Shown here: one piece after another, positions 40,752 to 50,272 of the stretch | How the letters are laid out: each line of letters opens with the position of its first letter | Numbering within the stretch: position 1 is the first letter of the stretch | IMG/VR virus record: IMGVR_UViG_3300031669_005479 | Location: 96,001 to 160,000 of that record | Length of the DNA: 64,000 nt | From: a virus | Taxonomy: Duplodnaviria > Caudoviricetes | Strand: one strand, 5' to 3' | The notes under the pieces: model-generated | What the model saw: only the letters and a program-made list of their open reading frames with translations | What the model was told of the DNA's origin: nothing | The model's database searches: none | Program-made: the position numbers and the translations under genes

Positions 40752-40916
40752 ATGATATACCAAATGAAAAAAAAGAAAAATTTAATCGAATCTAAAATGA
40801 TTAATATTAGAATAAATCCCATAGTATTGGATAATTATAGAGTATTTTGTGAAAAAAATGGTTATTCTGTTTCAAAAAGAATTAGAATTTTGATTGAAAA
40901 CGATATGAAACTATGA
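40752..40916 (+). CDS. Ribbon-helix-helix-like small DNA-binding protein, 54 aa (not in ORF track)
   Basis: MIYQMKKKKNLIESKMINIRINPIVLDNYRVFCEKNGYSVSKRIRILIENDMKL; strand INIRI, helix, G-x-S turn, helix; ATGA overlap with the next gene. Confidence 0.65.
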   Translation: MIYQMKKKKNLIESKMINIRINPIVLDNYRVFCEKNGYSVSKRIRILIENDMKL

Positions 40917-42613
40917 TTAATATATTGACGAATAATTTTGGGCACTGTATTAAAGAATCTAAATTATGTGCAATAGATATTAATTTATACAATAAAATTA
41001 TTGAATATAATGTAAGTAAACTACCTTGGAATCAAATGGTGTATAACTATTTGAATTCAATGGCTAAATTACCTAAATGTGCTTGTGGTGGTGAATTAAA
41101 GTTTATATCATTTAAAGAAGGGTATAGAAAATACTGCTCCATTAGATGTGCAACCAATTCTCTTGAATATAAAGAAAAAAAAGAAAACACTTTAATTGAG
41201 AAATATGGTGTAAAAAATATATCACAATCAGAATTAATCAAGAAAAAAAAAGAATTGACATTATTAAATAATTATGGTGTATCACATCCACTAAAATCAA
41301 TGGTGATTAAGAAGCGGGTCGTTATTACAAACAATTGCCGTTGGGGGGTAGATAATGTCTCACAATCAAGCATTGTTGCAGAAAAAAAAAGAAATACCAC
41401 CAATAAAAATTTTGGAGTTGATTATAATTTTCAATCAAATGAAATTAAAAAAAACATTAAATCAACAATAAAAAATAAATATGGCGTGGATTATTATGTA
41501 CAATCAATTGAAAATAAACAACGTATAACGGAAACAAATAATGAAAAAAAAATAAAATTCTGGACGAATCGGTTAAAGATAGACAGTAATGATATTGAAG
41601 TCGAGAATGATAAATTCATTATAAAAAATTTATGTAAAATACATAATCAATTTGAAATCGATAAGTATAATTTATATAATCGTTCTGCTATACAACAAAT
41701 TGAAAATATTTGCACAATATGTAATCCGATATCTAAAAGTATATCAATTAAAGAAAATGAAATTAGGGACTTTATTGAGAATGAATTAAACATTAATACA
41801 GAAAAAATTCGAATAAGCAATAAAGAAATTGATATATTTTTACCAAAACATAATTTAGGAATTGAATTTGATGGATTGTATTGGCACTCGAACATATATA
41901 AAAATAAAAATTATCATTTAAATAAAACAGAACTATGTGAATCACAAAATATTCAACTACTACATGTATTTGAAGATGAATGGATGTTTAAAAAGAGTAT
42001 CGTAAAATCAATAATTAAATCTAAATTAGGAATAGTTGATAATAAAATATTTGCAAGAAAATGTGAAATTATTGAAATTAATTCAAAATTATGCTCAAAT
42101 TTTCTTAACGTTAATCATATTCAAGGTAGTGTTAATTCTAAAATAAAAATTGGTTTATTTTATAATAATGAGTTGGTTTCTGTTATGACTTTTGGTAAAA
42201 AAAGATTATCTATGGGTAATAAGCAACAAGTAGATAATAATTACGAAATATTGAGATTTTGTAATAAATTAAATACTGTTGTTATTGGTGGTGCGAGTAA
42301 AATGCTAAAATTTTTCATAAAAAAATATCGACCTGATTCAATTACAACTTTTGCAGATAGAAGATATTCACAAGGTGATCTTTATGTGCAGTTGAAATTT
42401 ACCTTTTGCAAAAATACTGTTCCAAATTATTATTATTTTCATCCTAATAATATGATTAGATATCATCGATTCAAATTTAGAAAGGATGTGTTAGTTAGAG
42501 AAGGTTTTGATTCAACCAAAACTGAACATCAGATAATGGCCGAAAGGGGTTATAGTCGAATTTATGATTCAGGACACATGAAATTTGAAATACTCTTTGA
42601 TTTTAATATTTAA
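40913..42613 (+). CDS. Hef-like putative homing endonuclease: Zn ribbon, KYGV repeats, PD-(D/E)xK nuclease, C-terminal Mom-like GNAT domain
   Basis: CACGG..C; KYGVKNISQS-type repeats; EIDIFLPKHNLGIEFDGLYWHS; IFARKC...NHIQG...GLFYNNELVSVMTFG...EILRFC...TFADRRYS.G.LY. Confidence 0.75.
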   Translation: MINILTNNFGHCIKESKLCAIDINLYNKIIEYNVSKLPWNQMVYNYLNSMAKLPKCACGGELKFISFKEGYRKYCSIRCATNSLEYKEKKENTLIEKYGVKNISQSELIKKKKELTLLNNYGVSHPLKSMVIKKRVVITNNCRWGVDNVSQSSIVAEKKRNTTNKNFGVDYNFQSNEIKKNIKSTIKNKYGVDYYVQSIENKQRITETNNEKKIKFWTNRLKIDSNDIEVENDKFIIKNLCKIHNQFEIDKYNLYNRSAIQQIENICTICNPISKSISIKENEIRDFIENELNINTEKIRISNKEIDIFLPKHNLGIEFDGLYWHSNIYKNKNYHLNKTELCESQNIQLLHVFEDEWMFKKSIVKSIIKSKLGIVDNKIFARKCEIIEINSKLCSNFLNVNHIQGSVNSKIKIGLFYNNELVSVMTFGKKRLSMGNKQQVDNNYEILRFCNKLNTVVIGGASKMLKFFIKKYRPDSITTFADRRYSQGDLYVQLKFTFCKNTVPNYYYFHPNNMIRYHRFKFRKDVLVREGFDSTKTEHQIMAERGYSRIYDSGHMKFEILFDFNI

Positions 42614-42626
42614 ATCATTATATTTG
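42596..42626 (+). promoter_or_regulatory. Bacteroidota-type primary sigma promoter TTTG-N19-TATATTTG
   Basis: TTTG at 42596-42599, 19-nt spacer, TATATTTG at 42619-42626; upstream of the KTSC-dut-thyA run. Confidence 0.75.
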
Positions 42627-42645
42627 CCCAAACAATTAAAAATCA

Positions 42646-42984
42646 ATGTTAGTTAAACGAAACGAATATCTTGACACAGATGGTACATTAGGATATATTG
42701 AATCAGTTTTTAATTCTGATAATGTATTAAAAACCACATATTTTCCAAAGTCAGAACGACTATATATTGCATTTGGTAGAGGACACACATATTCCTATGG
42801 AAATATTAGTTCTGAAAAATATGAAGAATTTGAAGAAGCAGAATCCCAGGGAAAATTTTTTCACCAAAAGATAAATAATAATAAACAACATCCCATGCGT
42901 AAAGAATTTACACTTTACCCTAACGAAATAAAGGAACTTAAACAAGTTGTTGAAAATAATAAGCTTGAGGAAGAAGATGAATAG
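42646..42984 (+). CDS. KTSC-domain protein
   Basis: SDNVLKTTY....LYIAFGRGHTYSY.NI....YEEFE.AESQGKFF...I. Confidence 0.75.
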   Translation: MLVKRNEYLDTDGTLGYIESVFNSDNVLKTTYFPKSERLYIAFGRGHTYSYGNISSEKYEEFEEAESQGKFFHQKINNNKQHPMRKEFTLYPNEIKELKQVVENNKLEEEDE

Positions 42985-43264
42985 TATCGAAGAATATCAA
43001 AATCTTGTTAGTTTGCTTGAACAGGCATTAAAATTTTATGCAAATAAGCAAAATTATGTTAGTAATACAAGCAGTAATTCGTTAATTGCTTCCGATGATT
43101 ATGGTTCACAAGCACGTTTTGCATTGAGAAAAATTGAGGAATTGAATAATATCAATACTCAAATGGAAAACGATTTTATTAAACTATCTGAATCCACTGA
43201 TGGTGATACAACAAATAGTGAATTGCTTAGGGCAATTAATGGTATTAATAATATTGGAAAATAA
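42977..43264 (+). CDS. Hypothetical protein
   Basis: Start set at MNSIEE (42977), overlapping the KTSC stop. Confidence 0.55.
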   Translation: MNSIEEYQNLVSLLEQALKFYANKQNYVSNTSSNSLIASDDYGSQARFALRKIEELNNINTQMENDFIKLSESTDGDTTNSELLRAINGINNIGK

Positions 43265-43274
43265 ATTTTAATAT

Positions 43275-43733
43275 ATGAAGATTAAATTTAAAAAATTATC
43301 ACCTAACGCCACTACGCCGTTAAAGTTAATTGATATTGATGCAGGATTTGATTTATTTGCTACATCAATGGTAGAAACAAATAGTTTTGTCGAGTATGGA
43401 ACTGATATTTCGTTTGAAATACCAGAAGGATTTGTTGGATTATTATTTCCACGTAGTTCAATCACAAAATATGATTTAATGTTGAAGAATTCAATTGGAT
43501 TAATTGATGCATCATATCGAGGTGAAATTCGTTGTAGATTTTTTGGAACAAATAATACATACTATTCTGTTGGTAGTCAAAAAACAATTATATATAGTAA
43601 AAACAGCTATAAAGTTGGTGACAGAATTGCACAAATCGTGTTCATGGAATTACCAAAAATTGAATTAGAAGAATCCGAAGAATTAAGTAATACCGAAAGA
43701 GGAACTGGTGGTTTTGGACATACTGGTGAATAA
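43275..43733 (+). CDS. dut: Trimeric dUTPase
   Basis: AGFDL, PRSSI, GLIDASYRGEI, RIAQIV, RGTGGFGHTG. Confidence 0.97.
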   Translation: MKIKFKKLSPNATTPLKLIDIDAGFDLFATSMVETNSFVEYGTDISFEIPEGFVGLLFPRSSITKYDLMLKNSIGLIDASYRGEIRCRFFGTNNTYYSVGSQKTIIYSKNSYKVGDRIAQIVFMELPKIELEESEELSNTERGTGGFGHTGE

Positions 43734-43757
43734 ATAATATTAATTAAAATAAATAAT

Positions 43758-43952
43758 ATGAAAACAGGAGCAATTACTTCAAGAAGAGAAACAGCAAAAA
43801 AATTACTTGAAACTCAACTAAAAAGAGGGACAAAACCAGAAAAAATTGATGGTAAAACCACCAATAAAATGGTACAATTGAGTCCATCAGATATTACTCG
43901 AATTACCAAAGAACTCGATAGACTAAATAATCCAAAGGGTAGTATAAAATAA
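43758..43952 (+). CDS. Small basic hypothetical protein
   Basis: 64 aa between dut and thyA. Confidence 0.55.
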   Translation: MKTGAITSRRETAKKLLETQLKRGTKPEKIDGKTTNKMVQLSPSDITRITKELDRLNNPKGSIK

Positions 43953-43972
43953 ACTTATTTTAATTATACATT

Positions 43973-45577
43973 ATGAAGCAATATTTAGAATTGTTAGAGA
44001 ATATTCTTACCAATGGTGTTGAAAAGGAAAGTGGTAGAATTAATATGCCAAATACTATTGGTATATCAAACGCCATGATTAAAATGGATTTAACAGAAGG
44101 TTTTCCATTACTTACCACAAAAAAAATGTATTGGAAAGGTATTGTTCATGAATTGTTGTGGTTTCTGAGAGGTGAAACAAATATCAAATATTTGGTTGAT
44201 AATAATGTAAATATTTGGAATGACGATGCATTTAGATTTTTTCAAGAACGTCTTTGGTTATTGCCTAATATTAAAAATATAACAATGGAAGAATTTCTTA
44301 ATAGAGTTAAGAACGAACAATTCGAAGAAAAATTTCATTATAAATATGGTGATTTGGGTCCAGTTTATGGACATAATTGGAGAAATTATAATGGTAAAGT
44401 GAACTACTATCATATTAGTAAAAAACCTAAGTTTGAATTGGATGATTCGTATGTGTTTGGTGTTGGGATCATTGAAACTTGGAGAGGCATTAAAAAACGT
44501 CCGTTATTTAATACTTGGTATAATATGATTAGTAGATGTTATAACTACTATGATCCCAATTTTTCAGTATATGGTGGTAGGGGCGTATATGTTTCAGATG
44601 ATTGGTTAAATTTTAAATTATTTGATGAAGAGGTAAAGACAATTTTAAATTATAGCAATAAATTAAACGATCCACATAAATATCAATTAGATAAAGATTA
44701 TCTGGGTGGTAAATGTTATTCAAAAGAAAATTGTATTTGGTTTAGTACTGAAAATAATTCAAGATTAACGACTAAAAATTTTGAATATATCATATCTAAT
44801 GGTGAAAAAACAATAACGACAACTAATATTCAAGGAACTGCAAATGAATTGGGAATCGAACCAACAAATTTGAATAGGGTTTGTAGTGGTGTTAGAAAAA
44901 GTGTTGGCGATTGGTATTTGGTAAGTAAAACAGATTTTAGAATTGGTGAAGACCAAATTGCTAATATTTTAAATCAATTGAAAGAAAATCCATATTCGAG
45001 ATATCATATCTTGGATGGTTGGAATCCAATACAAAGAAAAATAAGTGCACTTGCTCCATGTCATCTACTATATCAATTCATTGTAAGACCTTTGAGTTTT
45101 CATGAGAGAGAATCAATTGCAATGCAAAGAAATATTATTACTAAAGATGAGTATGGACATCTAGTTGGAGTTGATGTTGCAAATGCAGAATATGAAGAAA
45201 GAATACTTGGTGAAAATAATATTCCAAAATTTTATCTTGATTTAAATATGTATCAGAGGAGCGTTGATTCTGCACTTGGATTGGGATTTAATTTAGCTTC
45301 TATGTCATTATTGTTAATGCTATTTGCAAAGGTAAGTAATATGATTGCAGGTGTGGCAACATGGATTGGTGGTGATACACACATTTATGTTAATCATATT
45401 GATGGTATTAAAAAGCAACTGGAAAGAGAGCCATATCAATTACCTCAAATGATAATAGATAAAAAAATAAATTCACTGGATGACATTCTAGCATTAACCA
45501 TTAATGATTTTGAATTAGTTGATTATGTATCACACCCAAAAATTGATTTTGAATTATTTACTGGTTTGAAAAAATAG
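43973..45577 (+). CDS. thyA: Thymidylate synthase ThyA carrying an in-frame endonuclease insertion
   Basis: FPLLTTKK, ELLWFLRG, LGPVYG, ALAPCH, YQRSVD, FN, GDTHIY.NH. Confidence 0.92.
   Translation: MKQYLELLENILTNGVEKESGRINMPNTIGISNAMIKMDLTEGFPLLTTKKMYWKGIVHELLWFLRGETNIKYLVDNNVNIWNDDAFRFFQERLWLLPNIKNITMEEFLNRVKNEQFEEKFHYKYGDLGPVYGHNWRNYNGKVNYYHISKKPKFELDDSYVFGVGIIETWRGIKKRPLFNTWYNMISRCYNYYDPNFSVYGGRGVYVSDDWLNFKLFDEEVKTILNYSNKLNDPHKYQLDKDYLGGKCYSKENCIWFSTENNSRLTTKNFEYIISNGEKTITTTNIQGTANELGIEPTNLNRVCSGVRKSVGDWYLVSKTDFRIGEDQIANILNQLKENPYSRYHILDGWNPIQRKISALAPCHLLYQFIVRPLSFHERESIAMQRNIITKDEYGHLVGVDVANAEYEERILGENNIPKFYLDLNMYQRSVDSALGLGFNLASMSLLLMLFAKVSNMIAGVATWIGGDTHIYVNHIDGIKKQLEREPYQLPQMIIDKKINSLDDILALTINDFELVDYVSHPKIDFELFTGLKK
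44396..44941 (+). mobile_element. In-frame HNH-type homing endonuclease domain with NUMOD1-like HTH inside thyA (boundaries approximate)
   Basis: TWYNMISRCY...YGGRGVYV...W.NF..F...LDKD...YSKENCIW, then TANELGIEPTNLNRVCSGVRKS; lies between YGHNWR and DQI; no intein termini. Confidence 0.78.
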
Positions 45578-45581
45578 ATGA

Positions 45582-45827
45582 ATGATAATACTATACATAT
45601 TAATAGTATTATTGGTGCTAATAATTTTGTTATTAGCACTGGCATTGTTTTATTTTTCGAAGAAAAGTGTATACTTTTCAAATAAAGAAAATGAATTCAT
45701 TACATTTGTTATTGACATATTTGAACAATATGGAGATGATTTAGGTATTCAGTCTAAAGAACAGCATGAAAAATTGACAAATGAACTCGATAAAATTAAA
45801 AAAAAACTAAATAAAAGAGGAGAGTAA
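45582..45827 (+). CDS. Small membrane-anchored protein
   Basis: N-terminal hydrophobic stretch of about 24 aa. Confidence 0.6.
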   Translation: MIILYILIVLLVLIILLLALALFYFSKKSVYFSNKENEFITFVIDIFEQYGDDLGIQSKEQHEKLTNELDKIKKKLNKRGE

Positions 45828-45837
45828 ATTACTCTCC
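45819..45837. terminator. Hairpin between convergent genes
   Basis: GGAGAGT-aaatt-ACTCTCC flanked by A and T runs. Confidence 0.7.
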
Positions 45838-45865
45838 CTTTTTTATTCATATAATACGTTTTAGT

Positions 45866-46570
45866 CTACAATGTATATATATCGTCTTCATTTGAATCAA
45901 TATTGTACCAATTATTATAATCATAAGGGTTAATTCCCTTTCTTTCCAAATATTTTCCAGTAACAATATTTACTAATTTAGGATTTATTTGCATGTCTCT
46001 AATATCATTAAAAAAGTAATGATTTTTATCTAAACGCAATTCTTCTGGGTCATATCCCTTATACTCCCAACCATTTACAATTTTGCCACCATTTTTTAGT
46101 ATTGCAAAATGCGTATATTTGGGATTAACATTAAACATTCGTCTAGTTTCATCCATAGGTTGTTCGTCATTAATGCCATCATATAAATTACTAACAATTA
46201 ATTTGAATTCTTCTTTAGCTGGTTCAATATCGCTTTCATTGGTAATCCAATAGAAATCTTCATTTTGATTACCGTCATAATCCATTTGAATACCATTTTT
46301 TTTCAAATCTTGAATGATTTCTTGTTTTAGACTATCGTTTCTACCAATCTTAGTGACACCATTTTTACTAAACAATTCATTATACATCGTATCTGTAATT
46401 TGTTTAATTTGTGTTGCTTCTTGTTTGCTCACATAAACTTTATTTGTTGGTTTATTATAATATCCACCATCAGAAGCAACTGCAAGTTCTTCATTAAGTT
46501 TTGGTTTAAAATCGGAATTAACTTTACTCATGACCTCAAAAAGCCTTTGTTTATTACTATTTTTCATCAT
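45866..46570 (-). CDS. Probable internal head protein
   Basis: N-terminus NKQRLFEVMSKVN...LNEE shared with the ORFs at 3316 and 5459; late motif upstream. Confidence 0.5.
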   Translation of the reverse strand: MMKNSNKQRLFEVMSKVNSDFKPKLNEELAVASDGGYYNKPTNKVYVSKQEATQIKQITDTMYNELFSKNGVTKIGRNDSLKQEIIQDLKKNGIQMDYDGNQNEDFYWITNESDIEPAKEEFKLIVSNLYDGINDEQPMDETRRMFNVNPKYTHFAILKNGGKIVNGWEYKGYDPEELRLDKNHYFFNDIRDMQINPKLVNIVTGKYLERKGINPYDYNNWYNIDSNEDDIYTL

Positions 46571-46582
46571 ACTTAAATTTAC

Positions 46583-46591
46583 TATAAATAC
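46583..46591 (-). promoter_or_regulatory. Putative late promoter motif GTATTTATA
   Basis: 12 nt upstream of the start at 46570. Confidence 0.6.
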
Positions 46592-46639
46592 ATATTAATT
46601 TCTTTTTGTTTCACTACCTATTACTATTTTTCATCATAT

Positions 46640-47200
46640 TTAAATATGAGAATCCCCCTTTTCACCATCATCAAAATTAAAAACATCAGATTTTACGGGA
46701 ACACCAGTAATGCGTTTCCAGTATGACTTAAATCCACCAATGGTTTTGCTCGTTTCGTCTGTTACGTTGTTGGCACTTTCAACTTCATAATATCTATTTT
46801 TCTGACCACTCATGTTGTATTCAATTATATCACCTCTATCTATTTCTAAGTGTTTATCTTCAAGTTCTTTTAAATACACTCCAAATGATATGTTACCAGT
46901 GTCATCACGAGCAATTCCACCTGGATTGTCACCATAATTTACTTGTTTACCTTCCTCAATATTAATCATCACACTGATTTTAACTGGCGACATAAATTTT
47001 TTATCTTTAGTTTTTGTTTGTCCATAAAGATTATGTGATTTTGTCTCAATTATATTTATTTTATGAATAATAACTTCTTGTGCATTGTCTGTTTGTAAGA
47101 AATTTCTACCATACATGACATCCAATTCAAATGAATTGTTTGTCATGAATAATCCCATTCTTTGACTTTCAATATCAATAATTTGTTTTTTCTTTTTCAT
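46640..47200 (-). CDS. Head closure / neck protein (gp14-like)
   Basis: HNLYGQTK..KFMSPVKI...FGVYLKELEDK.LEI.RGD.I...YYEV pattern; near the gp13-like gene. Confidence 0.5.
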   Translation of the reverse strand: MKKKKQIIDIESQRMGLFMTNNSFELDVMYGRNFLQTDNAQEVIIHKINIIETKSHNLYGQTKTKDKKFMSPVKISVMINIEEGKQVNYGDNPGGIARDDTGNISFGVYLKELEDKHLEIDRGDIIEYNMSGQKNRYYEVESANNVTDETSKTIGGFKSYWKRITGVPVKSDVFNFDDGEKGDSHI

Positions 47201-47218
47201 TTATAAATAATGATTTAA

Positions 47219-47227
47219 TATAAATAC
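47219..47227 (-). promoter_or_regulatory. Putative late promoter motif GTATTTATA
   Basis: 18 nt upstream of the start at 47200. Confidence 0.6.
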
Positions 47228-47290
47228 TTTTTTTATTGAAATTTTTATTATCTTTACGACGATTTTGGTGAAACAGAATAGGATGTATGG

Positions 47291-47299
47291 GTATTTATA
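47291..47299 (+). promoter_or_regulatory. Putative late promoter motif GTATTTATA
   Basis: 15 nt upstream of the start at 47315. Confidence 0.6.
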
Positions 47300-47314
47300 A
47301 AAAATTAAAATATT

Positions 47315-49069
47315 ATGAAGAGTGAAATTATTAATGATTTATCTATAGACAATAAATCTGGTAATAAAACTAGGGAAAATTATATTAAAAATCATTATTT
47401 GATTGATTATGAAAATATCATAAAAATTAATTTTGTTAATAATTGGAACGAAAAATTGTATTGTTATGTTAATAACGTAAATGAAGTGCCCACATGTAGC
47501 AATAAAAATTGTAGTAATCACGTTAAATTTAAAAAATACTCTGAAGGATACCGTGATTATTGTTCAATTCAATGCAGAAATTCTGATTCAAAATTTAAAT
47601 TATTTGGTGAAAGTAATCCAATGAAAATTAGTGAAAATGTTGTAAAAGCGAAACAAACAAAAAAAAATAGATATGATGATGAAAATTTTGTTAATTCAGA
47701 TAAGGCGAAATTAACAAAGAAAAAAAAATATTTGGATGAAAACTATAATAATCGAAATAAATTTAAACGTACTACCTTCGAAAAATATGGTGTCGAAGGA
47801 TTTACTAATAGAGAGAAGGCAAAGAATACGTCGCTAATTAAATACAAGAATGAATTTTATAATAATAGAAAAAAACACGTTGAAACAAATTTAACCAAAT
47901 ATGGTGTTAAATATTATAATAACAGAGAGAAGGCAAAAAATACGTGCCAAAATAAATATGGTTGTGAATCGTTTGTTTTGAGCAATGAGTATAGGCAGAT
48001 AATTTTTAATAAAACCAAAAAAAAATATGCGGATATTTTAAATATTGATGTTAATAATATTGATTATGATGGTGAAAATTTTACAATTAAAATGTATTGT
48101 AAAATACACGAAATATTTAAAATAAATCGATATATATTAAAAAATAGAATTGCATATGGAATTGAAGAGTTGTGCACTGCATGTAATCCAATTTCTGATA
48201 ATTGTTCAATAAAAGAATTGGAGGTTAATAATTTTATTTCAAATGAATTAGGCATTGAGACAATAAAACATAAAATATCCAATAAAGAAATTGACATTTT
48301 TTTACCAAAATATAATTTAGGTATTGAATTTGATGGATTGTATTGGCATTCTAGTTTAATGATTAAACCAAATCAGCATCAAATTAAAACTGATTTATGT
48401 GAAAAAAATGGTATTCACCTATTACATATTTTTGAAAATGAGTGGATAATGAAAAAAAATATTGTTAAATCAATAATTAAATCTAAACTTGGAATTATTG
48501 ATAATAAAATCTATGCTAGAAAAACCGAAATAATGGAAATTTTTGATAATCAATTAGTCAAAAATTTTCTTAAAACAAATCATATTCAAGGATTTGTTGA
48601 AAGTAAAATAAAAATTGGTTTATTTTATAATAATGAGTTAGTATCACTAATGACTTTTGGTAAAAAAAGATTATCTCTTGGAAATAGTATCAATAATAAC
48701 GATGAGTATGAAATGTTAAGATTTTGTAATAAACTTAATACAAGTGTTGTTGGGGGTGCAAGTAAAATGTTAAAATATTTTATAAAAAAATATCAACCTA
48801 ATTCAATAATGACGTTTGCAGACAGAAGGTATTCACAAGGTAATTTATATAAACAACTTGGATTTCTTTTCATAAAAAATACAATACCAAATTATTGGTA
48901 TTTTAAACCACACGAATATATGCTACAACATCGCTTCAAATTTAGAAAAGATGTGCTAATAAAAGAAGGTTTTGATCCTACCAAAACTGAACACCAAATA
49001 ATGGCCGAAAGAGGTTATAGTCGAATTTATGATTCTGGCTCCATGAAATTTGAACTTAAATTGCGATAA
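47315..49069 (+). CDS. Second Hef-like endonuclease with Mom-like GNAT domain (paralog of 40913..42613)
   Basis: Same architecture; EIDIFLPKYNLGIEFDGLYWHS; near-identical C-terminus KTEHQIMAERGYSRIYDSG.MKFE. Confidence 0.75.
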   Translation: MKSEIINDLSIDNKSGNKTRENYIKNHYLIDYENIIKINFVNNWNEKLYCYVNNVNEVPTCSNKNCSNHVKFKKYSEGYRDYCSIQCRNSDSKFKLFGESNPMKISENVVKAKQTKKNRYDDENFVNSDKAKLTKKKKYLDENYNNRNKFKRTTFEKYGVEGFTNREKAKNTSLIKYKNEFYNNRKKHVETNLTKYGVKYYNNREKAKNTCQNKYGCESFVLSNEYRQIIFNKTKKKYADILNIDVNNIDYDGENFTIKMYCKIHEIFKINRYILKNRIAYGIEELCTACNPISDNCSIKELEVNNFISNELGIETIKHKISNKEIDIFLPKYNLGIEFDGLYWHSSLMIKPNQHQIKTDLCEKNGIHLLHIFENEWIMKKNIVKSIIKSKLGIIDNKIYARKTEIMEIFDNQLVKNFLKTNHIQGFVESKIKIGLFYNNELVSLMTFGKKRLSLGNSINNNDEYEMLRFCNKLNTSVVGGASKMLKYFIKKYQPNSIMTFADRRYSQGNLYKQLGFLFIKNTIPNYWYFKPHEYMLQHRFKFRKDVLIKEGFDPTKTEHQIMAERGYSRIYDSGSMKFELKLR

Positions 49070-50174
49070 TTGGAAACATTGGTGGCTGAAATCCCCTCTC
49101 TTTATTAACATTTTCAGCAATTTTTGCTCGTTCCTCAGTTAGATTAACCTGACTTAATTTAGCAAGCTGTTCTAGTATTAATTTTTCCGTATCTTCTTTT
49201 AACTTTGTTCCTTCATCAAGTAAATGACGATAATCCATTGTTAATTGTTTTTCAGTTACGCCTAATTCTCCACTATAAAATCCTCTAACTGTTCCCAAAA
49301 CAATCTTAACTTGTGCAATTAATAAATTTCTGATTTGCTGCTGTGCTACATCATTCATATTACCCCATTGTAATACTTTTGTTGGTGGGTCTGATGGTAA
49401 CTTAACAATATCATTATTTTCTTCTAAGCATTTGTCTCTACCCGTTTTATTTGTATCATAATACCAATACCATACCTTTCTACCTGCATAGTGTTTGCCC
49501 CATGCGGGAGCAATTTCATATCTATCGCTTGGTATTGGATATAAATGCAATACTTTTTCGCCACTAGCCAAACCAGTAATTCGATATGTTAATATTGATT
49601 GCAAAATTCTTTGTTTCATTCTTCGGTCCTGTGCAGAAAGTAGCGTTGAAAATGTTGGTTGAACATAAAGTGCGGGACGGCCTAGATATGACATTCCCAT
49701 CATACCTGCACTCCAAGCATTCAATGCAAATGGGTCAACCAATCCACCATCAATTTCTGGTGGTGTTTCCCATAACACTTCATTTACTTCACGACCTGCA
49801 GGAATGATGTAATGTTGAGTATATTCTTCCGTTGTAATGAAGTCTCGTTTTAATTCCCAGCCAGTTGCTGCAGGTGCATTTGTTCCCAACCCAACTTGTT
49901 TTGAATAGGCGTATGTAAATGATTCCATGTAACTATTTGGCTTAGTTGTAAATGCACTAAGAAAATCACTACTTTCTTTATTCAGTCCTTCCAATCCAAT
50001 CCATTGCTGTTGAATCAACCAATTGTTTAATAGCGAAGAATAATCCTCAATAACCATTTCTAAATAAGAATCCATCATTTCATCATTGATTTCAAATGGT
50101 CTTAATGGAAATCCTAGAGTATGCTTAACTTTAAGATATAATTTATTTTTATCTGCAGTTGTTATTAATGCCAT
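49056..50174 (-). CDS. Neck / head-tail adaptor protein (gp13-like)
   Basis: LYLKVKHTLG.P...EI.DEMMD..LE..IEDY; LIAQVKIVLG.VRG.YSG...L.MDY..LLDEG. Confidence 0.6.
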   Translation of the reverse strand: MALITTADKNKLYLKVKHTLGFPLRPFEINDEMMDSYLEMVIEDYSSLLNNWLIQQQWIGLEGLNKESSDFLSAFTTKPNSYMESFTYAYSKQVGLGTNAPAATGWELKRDFITTEEYTQHYIIPAGREVNEVLWETPPEIDGGLVDPFALNAWSAGMMGMSYLGRPALYVQPTFSTLLSAQDRRMKQRILQSILTYRITGLASGEKVLHLYPIPSDRYEIAPAWGKHYAGRKVWYWYYDTNKTGRDKCLEENNDIVKLPSDPPTKVLQWGNMNDVAQQQIRNLLIAQVKIVLGTVRGFYSGELGVTEKQLTMDYRHLLDEGTKLKEDTEKLILEQLAKLSQVNLTEERAKIAENVNKERGFQPPMFPIIAI

Positions 50175-50187
50175 AATAGCGTTTTGA

Positions 50188-50196
50188 TATAAATAC
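50188..50196 (-). promoter_or_regulatory. Putative late promoter motif GTATTTATA
   Basis: 13 nt upstream of the start at 50174. Confidence 0.6.
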
Positions 50197-50240
50197 TAAA
50201 AATTTTTTTTAAAAAAACGATTTATTATCAAATAAATAGT

Positions 50241-50248
50241 TATATTTG
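50241..50248 (+). promoter_or_regulatory. Bacteroidota-type -7 element TATATTTG
   Basis: Upstream of the start at 50273; no clear -33 TTTG. Confidence 0.5.
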
Positions 50249-50272
50249 CTGAAATAATGAATAACGATAATT

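Noticed and set aside
44396-44941. Group I intron or intein in thyA
   Set aside because: Fully open and in frame with both flanks, no recognisable P7/R-S core sequences, and no intein terminal residues. Not formally excluded without Infernal.
43973-45577. dCMP hydroxymethylase rather than thymidylate synthase
   Set aside because: The specificity residue is Asn (GFN), as in dUMP-using enzymes, and a dUTPase gene is nearby.
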